Source: Geosiphon pyriformis uo1
Lineage: Eukaryota; Fungi; Glomeromycota
Reading direction: 5' to 3'
Assembly (NCBI GenBank): GCA_016748015.1
Contig: JAAOMT010000697.1
Coordinates: 124,001-188,000 of the forward strand
Length of the DNA stretch: 64,000 bases
Of this stretch, positions 38,570-51,770 are shown in pieces. The notes below the pieces were generated by a model. The model had not been told where the DNA came from, did not search any database, and worked only from the letters and a program-made list of their open reading frames with translations. Each line of letters starts with the position of its first letter. The first letter of the stretch is position 1. A program made the translations under genes and the position numbers.

Positions 38570-41500
38570 TATAAGAGATTTGAAAATAAAAGAAAATTAT
38601 TTTTGGTGTATGGGTTTTTATGTTATTTTTGTTTTGTTTTTGTGAGATTATTTCTAAATTATAAGGAGATAACTATAATAATAAATTTAAATTAAGTATT
38701 TAAGTTGAAAGATTGTTCAATGACAACTATTGGTTCTAAATTTTGGGAAATATCTTCAGGATTGATTAAAGGAGAATGTGTACCAATTTGTGGAATTAAT
38801 GATTCAGGATTGTTTCTGGAATTATAGTGTTTCAAACAATCTCCATGTGCAACTTTTGCTAAGATTTTGTCATCAAGTTTTAGTTTATATGATCTGTTGC
38901 TTAGGACTTCATGGATAAAAAATGTTCCATCCCATTTATGTTCAAATTTTCCACTCCATTGTTTTTCAGCCTTGGTTTGGTGTAAAAGAACTTTATTTCC
39001 AATTTTAAATTCGTTTGTAACTGGTGGCAGTTTGTTGTCATGTCTTTCTTTTTGTTGGGCTTGTGAATTTTCAATATGGGTGGCTGCTATATATCTTTTT
39101 TCTTCTAAAGTACTGAGAAGAGTATAAGCTCTTCACTAAAGTGTTTCTTGTAAGTTTTCTTCTGTGATTGGTTGTACTGGATATGTTTCCATTGTGAATT
39201 CAATTGGTAGTTTTGCTGTTCTTCCATAAGTAAGGTCAAATAGTGTGTGTTTTGTTGTATCTTGTTTTAGTGTTCTATATGCTAGTAACACTGATGAAAT
39301 AAAGATATCCCATTCCTGTTCAAAATCTGTTAAGACTTTGGCTAGTGATTTACACAATGTTCTGTTGAAATGTTTCACTAATTTATTTGTCTGTAGATGG
39401 TAGAGCGAAGATAAAGGTCTTTTGACATTAAATCATTCACAAATTTTTTGTATCAGGTTGTTCACAAAATGTGTTTCTTGATCTAATAAAAGTTTTATTA
39501 GGCATCTATGTCTACAAATAATGTCTTTGTAAATGAAGTTTGCTACTGATTTTGCATCTGCTTGTTAAATGACTCTGGCTTTGGGCCATTTGATAAGATA
39601 ATCTACAACTACTGTAATATAATGATTTCCTTGGTTTGTAATAGGTAGTGGTCCGACTAAATTGATACCAACTTGGTCAAAAAACTATCCAACTTTGATT
39701 GGATTTAAAGGTTCAGTAGGGTGTGTTCCTCTTTTTCTTTGACAACTTTCACAAGATTCAATATATTGATGTATGTCTCTTTTCATTTAGAGCCAAAAAT
39801 AGTATTCTAGTGTTCTTTGGATGGTGTTGTCTTTTCCAAAGTGTGCTAATAACGAATCTGAATGCATGTTGTATAATATAGTCTCTTTTTCATGTTCTTG
39901 TATTAATCTGAGTGGTTTGTCTAGGTTTTTAAAATTTTGATGATAAATAATGTTGTTGTGTAGGAAATATTGTTTGGCTTGTTGTTGTAATTGATGGTTT
40001 TCATCTGAAAACCAATCTGTTGGGATTGTTAATGTCTTCAAATACTGTTTGAGATTGTTGTAGTCTTTTGAATTCATTGTTTGTTGGTTGTTAGGTTTGA
40101 GTGTTAATTTGTGTTTTCTAATCTTGTCTCATTCTGGAGAGACAGTCAACATTGGTGTGGAGTTTTCCTGGTTTGTGATGTACTATATATTGGTAGTTGG
40201 CTAAAAATCCTGTCCATTAGATTTGTTTTGTGTTTAGCTGAGTGTTTTTGTTCTGAAGCCATTTGAGTCCAATATTATCAGTAATAATATCGAATTCTTT
40301 GGGTCTGAGGTAAAGATTGAAGTGATGTAGGACCCAGATTACAGCTGCAGTTTCTAATTCTGTTGCAGGATAGTTTTTTTTGGCTGGTTTCAATGTTCTG
40401 TTAGTATAAGCAATTACTTGCTCATTTCCATTGTTATCTAACTGTAATATGATGGTACCAAAGACAGTATAAGAGGCATCTGTTGCTAATTGGAATCAGT
40501 TACTAAAATCTGAGTAGGTGAGAATTGAAGCTGTCATTAGTTTTTCTTTGAGAATTTCAAATGCATTTTGGTGTTCAGCAGTCCATTTGTATTCAACGTT
40601 TTTGGTGGTAAGCTGGTTGAGAGGTTTTGTGATTTCTGAGAATTCTTTAATAAACTTCTGATAGTAGGAGGCTAACTCTATAAATCCTCTTAGTTCTGTA
40701 GTGTTCTAAAGAGTTTTGAAGTTTTTGACAGTGCTGATTTTTCCAGGGTCTGGTTTGATTTCATCTTTACTAACAATATAACCAAGGAAGGCCAAGCTTG
40801 TTTTTCCAAAGTAGCATTTTTCGATGTTGAGTTTTAGTTCTGCTTTTCGTAATCGTTGAAAAACTTTTCACAGGTGTTTTAAGTATAATTCGAACGATGG
40901 AGAATAAACATTAGTATCGTTAAGATAAATGACTACTGACTTCCAAAGGAGTCTTTTGTACACAATATCCATTAATCTCTGAAATGTTGCTGGTGCATTG
41001 CATAATCCAAAAGGCATTACATTGAATTCATAATTTCTTTTTTGGGTTGTAAAGGCTGTTTTGGGACGATCTTTGGGGTCCATGGCAACTTGCCAATATC
41101 CGCTTTCTAAATCTAGTGTTAAAAAGTATTTGGCCTTTCCAAGAGCATCCAACATATCATTAATTTGGGGAAGGGGATAGGCATCTCCAATGATAACACT
41201 GTTGAATTGTCAATAATCAACACAAAATTGTATCTTTCCATTTTTCTTTTTAACTAAGACCACAGGTGAAACCCATGGACTCATTGATGGTTGAATAAGC
41301 CCATTGTTGAGCATCCATTGTACTTCTTCACAAATAAATTAGTGACTTTCTGGAGCAACTTAGTAGACTTGTTGTTACCTTGGTTTGGCATCTCCTGTAT
41401 AGATTTGGTGTTGAACCAAATTGGTTCTTCCTAAGTCATTGTTGTTTTTGGCAAAGATATCGGCAAATTCTGCAATTAGCTCTTTGAGCTGGCTCTGTTG

Positions 41501-41949
41501 TTGTGGTTCAAGTTGTCTCATGTTGATTTGAGATAGTTTTTCTATGACAACATGGTAATTTTTAGAGCTGAGGTTTGGGTTGATTTTTGGTAGTGAATGT
41601 CCAATAATTTTAGAGAAATCGGGAACTGTTTGGGGTAATTCTTGTTAAAAGATATTACTGTGAATAACTCCAATTTCTAAGTTATTTAATAAAACTATGG
41701 GGTAATTATTGGGGTTGTAAAAAGTAACTCAGACTTTCTTTGTTCCTTCTGGAATGTAAATATTTGGGATTGAAATATTATGTTCCAAGCAAATTCGTTC
41801 ATTGGACTCAAAAATTTGTTGGGTGGTTGTTGGCTTTGGGCAGGTATAGATTTCAGGATGTTCTCCAAAAGATGAAATAGTGATTGGTTGGGGAAGGTGT
41901 AAAATCTGGTAAGACTTATTCTGTTTATTGAGAGCTATGTTTACTGGAA

Positions 41950-42370
41950 CTGTAAATTGTCCAATTGAACCAAAACCTTGTATTTCTTTTTTGCTTTTTT
42001 CCAATTGTTCTCTTTGATTGACTAACTGTAAACCTGAAATGTTGATTAAGGGTAAATAGATGGCTTGAGCAATTTTTTCAGCATGTTCAATTTTGAAAGG
42101 TTTATTGGTTTCATTTTGGAGTATTACTGTTATGTCACCAGTATATCCAGCATCAATTATTCTTCCTTTGACATTAATTCCTTTGCTTGTCAAAGAGGAC
42201 CGGAAGGCAATTTGAACTATTGCTTCTAACAGGATTTTGAGGGCAATTTTGAGATTGATTTTTGTGAGAAATTTGGGTTTGAGAACAAGAGTATCCTTGT
42301 CTGAATATCTTAGGTCATATTCAGCATCAATTTCATGTGCTTTTTCAGGTTTTATTCCTTGTCCGTTGTT
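41950..42370 (-). pseudogene. dUTPase domain of gypsy copy A pol
   Basis: Motifs DAEYDL, FRSSL, IIDAGYTGDI, KIAQAI, QGFGS. Confidence 0.85.
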
Positions 42371-44453
42371 GTTGAAGTATTTGAGTTGTAAAGCAGGCTG
42401 ATTTTTAATGAGATAGATGGGTGTTGCTTCAATTTCTTCTGTTGCTTCAGATTCTCCAAATCCAATTTTGTTTTAATTGTTTTCATTGGGCAGGGAAATG
42501 CTAAGAGCATAGCATTTAGAGCACCATTGCTCATTGCAAGGCATTATGCATTCTTCACACAATTTAATGTTTATTTGCTTTAGCTATTGGGCTTGAGCTT
42601 CTTTAGTCGGGTAGGTGTGATTTGTGATTTGATAGTACACTTTTACTTCATCTTCATAATCGAATTCAGCTAATTCCAAGGTATATTCAATATATTCAGC
42701 TTCTTTCATTTGAAAAACATCTTCTTTGGTTCCTTCATCAATTAAGATCATGGCAAGTTCATAGATTATTTCAGTGTCATGGGGGTAGTAATAAAGTTTG
42801 TTGAGGGCACTGTTGTAAGTGGCATTGAAAGGTGTTCCACGTTTTACTTTTTCTGCAATAGAAAGAGCATATTGACAAGTTTGATTGCAGACTTCTCCTC
42901 TAAAGACAATGTCAATCCAATCACATTCGTTAGGAAGCTGCTTTCTACAAGTAAGACAGGGTGTTCCATCTCATTTTCTGCTCCTTTTAATCAAATGGCC
43001 CCATTGTTCTCAATGGCAGGCATTGCAAAAGTAACAAGTATGACTTCCATATTCTTCTTCCGGTGAGATGCAGGCTCTCATTGAGGAGAGTTTCTTGTGA
43101 CAGTCCTTGTATTTGAGTAGAATGTAAGAGTGTTGTTTCTTTGGTTCTGGTTTAAAATATGGGATGTTCTATCCAGAGGTTTCTGGTTTTTCTGGATATG
43201 AGTTTGTTGTAAAATACATTTGCTTAGTTTCTTTAGCCCAGTTAGATGTTGATTCAAGTGCCATAAATGTTTTGACTATAGGCTTTTCTTTCTCTTTTTC
43301 AAATTCGAAGACAGGGGCTTTCTCTGATTATTTGTTGAATGTACCACACACATATGTCTTTGTTTATGTCTTTCTTGAAATTATATCATCTACTATATTG
43401 TCAGCCTCAGAGTCATTGGAATCTATGTAACTCATTTCTTCTACCACCATGTTGTTCATGTTTTCCAAGTCAAACACCCCACTAATACTAGCATCTTTGC
43501 TTTTTACTTCACTTTCCTAAGACACCTTGCATTTCAGATTACTAGTATGCAGAATGCTACTAGGAATAAGACCAGCCAACAAATCTACCACACCACCAGG
43601 AATACCAGAATTTTTAGACTTCTTGTACAAAAAGCCACAAGAGTACATGTTTTTAATATGTGCCTTTTTTTTATTACTAGACCAGATCCCCAACTCAACT
43701 AAAGCGGAATTAAAATCACTAGCAAAAGAGCTCACCAGTTTTATTGCAACAAAAGAAAAAAATAATTAGAAAGAAAACAAGGGAAAAAGGAAAAAGCCTA
43801 ATTAAACTTTGACAAAATTTTGCTCTCATTGTGGTTAGGGAATTGACAAGAGAAAAAAGTTTTTTCGATTAATCAATATATTATTATTTTTAACCATATT
43901 ACTTATTTATTTAGCAGTTTTATTTGTACTTATGTTTTTTATTAACAATATTATTTAAAATATCTTTATTATTTTTATTTTTTATTTTAAAACAATCTTT
44001 TTTTTTTTCAAAAATAACAATTTTTTTTTATTTATAAAACACACTTTTTTCAATTTAACATATAAAACAAAAAGAATATTAACCAATTTTATTATCAAAA
44101 AGACCAAAATACTAATAAGTTTAACAATAAATCTAATTAACAAAATTATTTAACTAGTTTAAATTGCAAAAAAACTAACTTAAAATCAATTATAAAATTA
44201 ATAACAATAGCAATAACAAAAAAATTAAAAAAATAACAGTTTTAATATATAATCTGAATTTAATAAAGCAAAATTCAAAAATTTTAAAGCCAATTATAAT
44301 TTAAAACCAATATTTAAAACAATAATAATATTTAAAAATTTTATGAATTATTATTTGTTTTGTTAAAAACTACTTATTTTTAACTAATATACTTAATATT
44401 AACTTAATATTATTAATAATATTAATTAAAAAAAAACACTAAAATTACAATAT

Positions 44454-45240
44454 TATTATTAAAATTTTTGGTTATTTTTAAAGATATTATTAATATTATT
44501 TTTGTTGTTAATTTTATTATTAATAAAGTTAAAAAATTTTTAATAAGTTAATTAATTTTTAAAGTATTTTTTTATATTTTAAATTATTATTGCTGTTAAA
44601 CTTATAATAAAATAGCTAATTTTGTGTTAATTATTTTGTGTAATTACTTTGTAATAAAAATTAACTCTTTTGTAAAAAAATTTATTTGTAAATATTTTAA
44701 TAATACATAATTATTTTGTTATAAAAACCAATTTTTTTATAAAAAATATTGACCATAGATTATTTAATAATATAAAAAAGAAAAAAAATTAAATTAAATT
44801 AAAAAATATATAAAAAAAATAATTTTTGATTTAAGTTTAAAATATTAATTAAAATTTTAAATTTTAAACAAAAATAATTAAAAAAAAAGGTTGGTTTTTT
44901 AAAATAAATTTATTGATTTATAATAGCTAAATTATTTGCTAAAAAAACTTTTTTTTTATATAATTTATTGTAGTATTATTTTATAATTTTGTATTTTTTT
45001 TTTAATATTTTGGCAAATTAAGATATATTTTAGTAAATTGCAAATTATTTTTATAAATTATTAATTATTTTGGTGAATTGTTAAATATTTTAAATTTTTA
45101 AATATTTTGTTAAATTTCTAAATATTTTAACAAAATTTTAAATATTATATAATTTAAAATATTATTTAATCTAATTATTATAATTAATTATATTTATATA
45201 TTATACAAATAAAATTAAATACATAATATATGTATTTAAA
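44454..45240 (-). mobile_element. Heavily AT-eroded solo-LTR relic related to the gypsy LTR
   Basis: Residual collinear matches: tattattaaaatttttggtt (LTR end), aattactttgtaataaaaattaactctt (cf. tagttactttgctgtaaaagtcaactctt), and ttttggcaaattaagatatatttt...ttttggtgaatt (the 20-bp repeat block). Confidence 0.6.
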
Positions 45241-47228
45241 TAAAAAAAACTTCTTTCTCTCTTTTGTCTAAAATTTCCAAAAAGAATTAAGTTTTTTTTC
45301 TAAAAGAAGTTTTTACAATTTAGTACAATAAATCTAAACTTTTTTTGCTTGATTACAAAGCCACTATTGGCTATAGTATTGCTGTGATAAAGAAGTTTGC
45401 TAAAAGCTTTGGTCTTGTTAATAATGGAAAAGACATTAAAAGGGATGTTGAAAAAGAAAGGTGGTGTTTTGAAGAATGATACTTTTAGTAAATTGGTCTT
45501 GTTTAGAAAAGCTGTTGGTAGTTCTTAGAAGTCTGAGGCTGGTAATATTACTGAATCTAATAGTGTTAATATAAAGGAGGAGTGTTTGGTAGAGGAAACC
45601 AGTGTGGATTATGGTAAAAGAAGTTTGTTTATAGAAGGTAATTCTAGCCAAACACCAAAGGATCCAAGATTGGTCACCAAAAAAGCCCTGGACATGTTAT
45701 TAGAAAAAATCAACTTTTTGAATAATGATGATAATAATGACATTTTTTTGAATATTCCTGTAGTTCTCTCTCCCTCTTTGAAGAATTTGGTCAATGTTTC
45801 TGTTTGGAAATCTTTTGCTATGAATATTGAGCTTGATAAGATGGCCAGAAAATCTTTTCAAGAAAAGCTGGTGGTGGTCAGAAAATTATTTTCAAAAGTC
45901 AATGGTTTTGAAGGAGTCTTTACTCTCTCAAAATTCTCAGAAATCATCTGTGCTTTCTTTACTTCTGAATCTAGTTTGGCACAGACTATAGAAAAGATAA
46001 GAGCAGCAAATATTTTGGTAAATACTGATTTCAAAAAATCAACTAGTCATTCAGATCAGACTGTGGTGGTAAAAAAAATTCCAGTTAAAATATTGGCTAA
46101 GGCTATGCACACTGCACTATCTAAGTTTGGAATAATTAAGTCAATTAAAATGCAATTGGTGGGACTGTGGCAGAAAGCAGTAGTGAAATTTAAGCAATCA
46201 AATTATGCTGATTTGGTTGCAGCTGAATAATTTATCTTAATTAGGAAGAATGCCATTGTTACTAGAGATTTTTGGTCTCTTTTCTTGAATGTTGTAAATG
46301 TCTGTTGGTTGCAAATTCACGTTTTTTAGAAGTAGTTGAACCTCCAATAACTGAATTTATCTTCAAATTATCTTCTATAATTTGAACTTGCTGGGCTTAT
46401 AAGTGGAATGGCCAATTCCTTGCCAGTTACTTTATGTAGTTATATTGTAGTAAATGTCAACTCTTTCCCAGGAATTGCTTGTTTAGAAGCTCACTAAAAA
46501 TGTGTAGTTACTTTGCTGTGAAAGTCAACTCTTCTACAGGAATCTTATCTGTAGGCTATCCTAATGATTATAATAAGAAAATAAAAGAAAAGTAAAAAAA
46601 AAGTAAAAAAAATTAAATTCTGTCAAGGGAAACGTTTTCTATCCAGACTTGGAGTCACTAACAGTTTACTGAAATTGGTAGCTAATCAATTTCAAAACGT
46701 TAGTTGGGTTTTGGGGATTTTCCAAGTGCAATAATTAAAAAATTTGGTTTTTCAAATTATTTGATATTTATTTCTTTTTGTGTGTATAGAAATGGTTCTA
46801 AGTGATAAATCTAAAGTAAGATACATTTTTTTGAAGAGAAAAGCTCTTTTTTTATACAACTTGTTGTAGTACTAATCTATGAACTTGCACTTTTTCTTTT
46901 TGCTCAAATTTCGGCAAACTAAAGATACATTTTGATGGATTACAAGTTATTTTACTAAATTATTAATTAATTTGGGTGAACTATTCATAATTTCGGCGAA
47001 TTTCTATAAATTTTGGCGAATTTTTTATAAATTTTGGCGAATTTCTGAATGTTACAAAGTTCAGGGTATTGTGTAATTTGATCATTCTACTTTTTGTTAT
47101 ACTAATTGAATTATTTAATTGAATCGTGATATGTGATAATTGATTAAATAATAAATGATAATTTGAAATGATATTAATATACTAATTAATTATAGGAATT
47201 ATAAGAGTAATTTCATGCTAATTAATAG

Positions 47229-47936
47229 CTAAAATTCTACTGATAACATAATCTCCTCCTCAAGACTGAGCTCTGTCGAAGTCCAAGTACTATCTGTGAT
47301 ATTAAGATAGTGATCCAAAATAATTGAAGTAATCTGGTCTGAAAATTGTTGAAATTTCAGTTCTGTGAGTTTGCCAATGTATTGGACTTTCATTGGTTGC
47401 AGTATTGGATTTTGTAGAACATTTTCACAAGTATTAAACAAATCATAGAGTCTAAAAGCTGCTCTAAGTTTGTAGTGAGTGTTTGTTGGTCTAGCTGCTG
47501 TTTTGAATTCATTATGAGTTTGTTTTTGTATAGCTTTAGGAGTGAGATTTGTTGTTTCAAGTTCCAGTTTTTGTTCATAAAGTGTCTTTCTAATGTGAAA
47601 GTATTTATAGATAGGGGTGTGTTTATTGTTTTGTTCATTGAAAAGTAGTAGAAGTTTTTGTTGCATTGTAGCATTTGGTGAAATGTCAATAGGAGCAATT
47701 AAAAGATTTTCTTCCAGTGCTTGCTTCAAAAGTCTTGGTAACTTATTTTCAGAGTGACTTTTTGTTTTTCTTCTATAAGAGTGATAGTTCTGTAAATAAT
47801 TTACTACTGAGACTGTGGTTTCTTTCTAAATGTAATTAATTTGACTTCTATTAATTGTTATGGATAAGTTAGGAAGTGTTTTTAAGGTTAACATTAACTT
47901 TTGGGATATTTGTTGAATATTTTGGGGAATAATCAT
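47229..47936 (-). pseudogene. Gypsy ORF3 in copy B (236 codons, one premature TAG near 47827)
   Basis: ATG at 47936 (MIIPQNIQQISQKLMLTLKTLP...) is in frame with the 166-aa ORF 47229-47729; homologous to 37850-38569. Confidence 0.8.
47249..47263 (-). promoter_or_regulatory. Polypurine tract of gypsy copy B
   Basis: Minus strand TTGAGGAGGAGATTA abuts the 3' LTR. Confidence 0.8.
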
Positions 47937-50900
47937 GATAAAATTGACTAATTATGAAAAGGAAAAATAAAGAAAATTATTTTTGAATATGGAGTTTTTA
48001 TTTGTTTTTGGGTTTGGGTGTTTTTTGTAATTATTTATTATTTTTTGTCTTTGTGTTTTTATTAAAGAATTATTGTAAAATTTAAGTGTTCAAGTTTGGT
48101 TGTTGTTCTATTATAATTATTGGTTCTAAATTTCGGGGAATATCTTCAGGATTAATTAAAGAGGAATGTGTACCAATTTGTGGAATTAATGGTTCAAGAT
48201 TGTTTCTGGAATGATAGTGTTTTAATCTGTCTCTATGTGCAACTTTTGCTAGTATTTTGTCATCAAGTCTTAACTTGTATGATAGAATTTCGTGAATATA
48301 AAATGGTCCATCCCATTTATGTTCAAATTTTCCACTCCATTGTTTTCAGCCTTAGTTCTGTATAAGAGAACTTTATTTCTAACTTTAAATTCATTAGTTA
48401 TGAGTGGTAATTTGTTGTCATGTCTTTCTTTTTGTTGAGCTTGGGAATGTTCAATATGAGTTGCTATTATTCTTCTTTTTCCTTCCAGTGTACTAAGAAG
48501 AGTGTAGGCTCTTCTTTGGAGTGTTTCTTGAAAGTTTTTTTCATTGATTGGTTGCACTGGGTATGTTTCCACTGTGAAATTAATTGGTAATGTTGCTGTC
48601 CTTCCATAAGTACAGTCAAATGGTGTGTGTTTTATAATATCTTGTTTTAGTGTTCTGTATGCTAATAATACTGATGGAATAAAGATATCCCATTCCTGCT
48701 CAAAATCTGTTGAGACTTTGGCCAATGATTCACACAATGTTCTGTTGAAATGTTTTATAAGTTCATTTGTTTGAGAGTGATAAGACGATAATAGAGGTCT
48801 TTTGACATTGAATTGTTCCCAAATTTTTTGTATTAAGTTGTTCACAAAATGTGTTCCTTGATCAGATAAAAGTTCAATTGGACATCCATATCTACAAATA
48901 ATGTCTTCATAGATGAAATTTGCTACTGATTTTGCATCTGCTCTTTGGATGGTTCTAGCTTCAGGCCATTTGGTAAGATAATCTACTGCTACTGCAATAT
49001 AGCAATTTCCTTGGGTTGTAATAGATAATGGTCTGATTAAATCAATTCCAAATCTGTTAAATGGTTATCCAACTTTGATTGGATTTAAAGGTTCTGTGGG
49101 GCAAGTTTCTCCTCTTCTTTGACAACTATCACAAGATTCTACATATTGTCAAATGTTTTTTTGCATGTAAGGCCAAAAATAATGTTCAAGAGTTTTTTAA
49201 ATTGTTCCATCTCTTCCCAAGTGTGCTGAAGACAGATCTGTGTGCATGTTATATAAAATTGTTTTTTTTTTATTTTCCTGTACTAATCTGAGTGGTTGGT
49301 TTGGGTTTTTACGATTTTTGTAATAAATTTTGTTGTGGTGTATAAAATATTGTTTGGATTGGTGTTGTAATCGATGTTTTTCACTTGGGGACCAATTTTC
49401 TGGCATGGTAAGAGTCTCCAAATAGTTTTTGATGTTGTTGTAGTTTTCTGGATCTATTGTTGTTGATTTTGTTGTTTGTTCTACTATTAAGTTTGTTGGT
49501 GTTGATGTTGGTATTAATATTGTCTCATCTTTGAGAGACTGTCAACATTAGTGTGTATTTTTCCTGGTTTGTGGTGTACAATATATTTGTAGTCTGCTAA
49601 GAAGTTATTCCATCGAGACTGTTTGGCATTTTGTTCAGTTTTCTTTTTATTGAGCCATTTGAGACCAATATTGTCAGTTATGATGTCAAATTCTTTTTCA
49701 TACTTCAAATATTGTTAAAAATGTTTAAAAACCCAGATGACTGTGGCAGCTTCTAATTCAGTTGAGCCATATTTTAGTTCTGTTGGTTTGAGTGTTCTAC
49801 TAGTATAGGCGATGACTTGTTCTTACCCATTTTCATTCAATTGTAATAAGATGATACCAAATGCTATTTGTGAAGCATTAGTGGCTAATTGGAACCATTT
49901 GTTGAAATCTGGGTAAGCAAGAACTGGGGCTGTTGTCAATTTTGTTTTGAGAGTTTCAAAAGCTTTTTGTTGTTCTTTAGTCCATTTGTATGGCACGTTT
50001 TTGTTGGTAAGATAATTGAGTAATTTGGCAATTTCTGAGAATCCTTTTATGAATTTTTGATAGTAAGAGACTAGTCTTACAAATCCTCATAGTTCTGTAG
50101 TATTTCTGAAAGGTTGAAAGTTTTTGACAGCACTGATTGTTTCTGGGTTTGGTTTGACTCCATTTTTACTAACTATGTGTCCAAGAAAGATCAAGCTTGT
50201 TTTTCTAAAGTGACATTTTTCAATGTTTAACTTTAATCTTGCTTTCTGTAATCATTGAAAAACTTCTCATAGGTGAATAAAGCTTGGTAAATATACATCA
50301 GTGTCATCAAGATAGACAACTACTGATTGCCACAAGAGCCCTTTATATACAACATCCATGAGTCACTAAAATGTTGCTGGTGTATTGCAGAGTCCAAAAA
50401 GCATAACATTGAACTCATAGTTTCCTTTTTGGATGGTAAATGCTGTTTTGGGTCAGTCTTTTGGGTCCATTTCGACTTGCCAGTATCCACTTTCCAAGTC
50501 CAAAGTTGAGAAGAACTTGGCTTTTTCTAAAGCATCTAACATGTCATCAATTCTTGGAAGAAGGTAGGCATCTCCAATTATCACACTGTTCAATTGGCGA
50601 TAGTCAACACAAAATCTGATTTTTCCATTTTTCTTTTTGATAAGGACTACTGGTGAGGCCCAAAGACTTCTTAATAGTTGAATCAATCCATTATTAAGCA
50701 TTCTCTGAACTTCTTCTCTGATGAATTGGTGACTGGCAGGTGGCACTCTGTAAACTTGCTGATGTTTTGGTGGAGCATTTCCTGTATGGATCTGATGTTG
50801 AATAATATCCATTTTTCTCAGGTTATTGTTGTCTTTTGCAAATATATCTGCAAATTCAGCTATCAATTGTTTCAATTGTCTTTGTTGTTGAGGTTCTAAG

Positions 50901-51346
50901 GAACCCATGTTGATTCGAAAGAGTTTTTTTTCCAAAAGATGGTAGTTTTCAGTAATGTAAATAATATTTGGATTTGGGAGTAGAGTATGCTTTACAATTT
51001 CGATAAAATTAGAAACAATTTGAGGGTTTTTATCTTGAAAAATATTGCTGTGTATGATTTCAATCTCTAATTTATTTAATAAGACAATAGGGTAATTATT
51101 GGGGTTGTAGAATGTAATTCAAAATTTTTTCATTCCTTTGGAAATATAAATATTTGGAATTGAGATTTCATGCTTCAAACAGATTTGTTTATTGGATTCA
51201 AAGATTTGTTGGGTAGTAGTGGGTTTTGAGCAAGTGTAAATTTCGTGATGTTCTCCAAAAGGTGAAATAGTAATTGGTTGAGGAAGTTGAAAAATCTGGT
51301 GAGATTCATTTTGTATTTTAAGGGCTATATTTACTGAAACTGTAAA

Positions 51347-51770
51347 TCATCCAGTTGAACCAAAACCTTGAGTTCTTCTTTCACTTTTTTCCAATTGTTC
51401 TCTGTTGTTAACTGATCGTAGACCCGAAATATTGATTAAGGGTAAGTAAATTGCTTGAGCAATTTTTTCAGCATGTTCAATCTTGAATGGTTTGTCTGTT
51501 TCATTCTGCAACATAATGGTAATGTCTCCAATATATTCTGCATCTATAACTCCTCCTCTAATATTAATTCCTTTGCTTGTCAATAATGATCTGGAGGCAA
51601 TTTGAACCATTGCTCTAGGTGGAATTTCAAGAGCAATTTTGAGATTGATTTTTGTCAAAGACTTTGGTTGAATAACCAAAGTATCTTTTCTGGGTATTTT
51701 AGGTCATATCTGGCATCAATTTCATGTGCTTTTTCTGGTCTGATTCCTTGGCCATAGTTGTCAAAATATT
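51347..51770 (-). pseudogene. dUTPase domain of gypsy copy B pol (frameshifted)
   Basis: All five trimeric dUTPase motifs are recognisable: DARYDL, ASRSL, GGVIDAEYIGDI, KIAQAI, ERRTQGFGSTG. Confidence 0.88.

Larger units (their letters stand above)
36906..43350 (-). mobile_element. Ty3/gypsy LTR retrotransposon copy A, 5'-truncated (3' LTR 36906-37881, ORF3, integrase, RNase H, RT, dUTPase, Cys-rich domain)
   Basis: The LTR is homologous to 46257-47248 and has a PPT at 37882-37897. RT motifs LDLESGYWQV, MPFGLCNAPATFQR, YLND. Integrase HHCC and core regions. dUTPase GRIIDAGYTGDI...QGFGS. The element stops abruptly at ~43350, just downstream of the protease region. Confidence 0.92.
31495..43865 (-). 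mobile_element. LINE copy 1 (ORF1; ORF2 APE endonuclease-RT-RNase H-CCHC), degenerate, interrupted by gypsy copy A at 36906-43350
   Basis: APE: KFTTCNVQSIN...ETKL...GAGVAII (35940-36320). RT: HPIALI, LDQGEVFS, AGTFVDDT (~34005). RNase H: AELQAIVLALECV..LFSDSQSALD (32635-32922). C-terminal CLYCGNVEVSDYVFSC. A-rich tail at ~31495-31515. ORF1 N-terminal part and 5' UTR at 43352-43865. Confidence 0.9.

Noticed and set aside
48080-48300. Chromodomain at the integrase C-terminus
   Set aside because: After the WDGPF motif only a short tail follows, with no chromodomain aromatic pattern in either copy.
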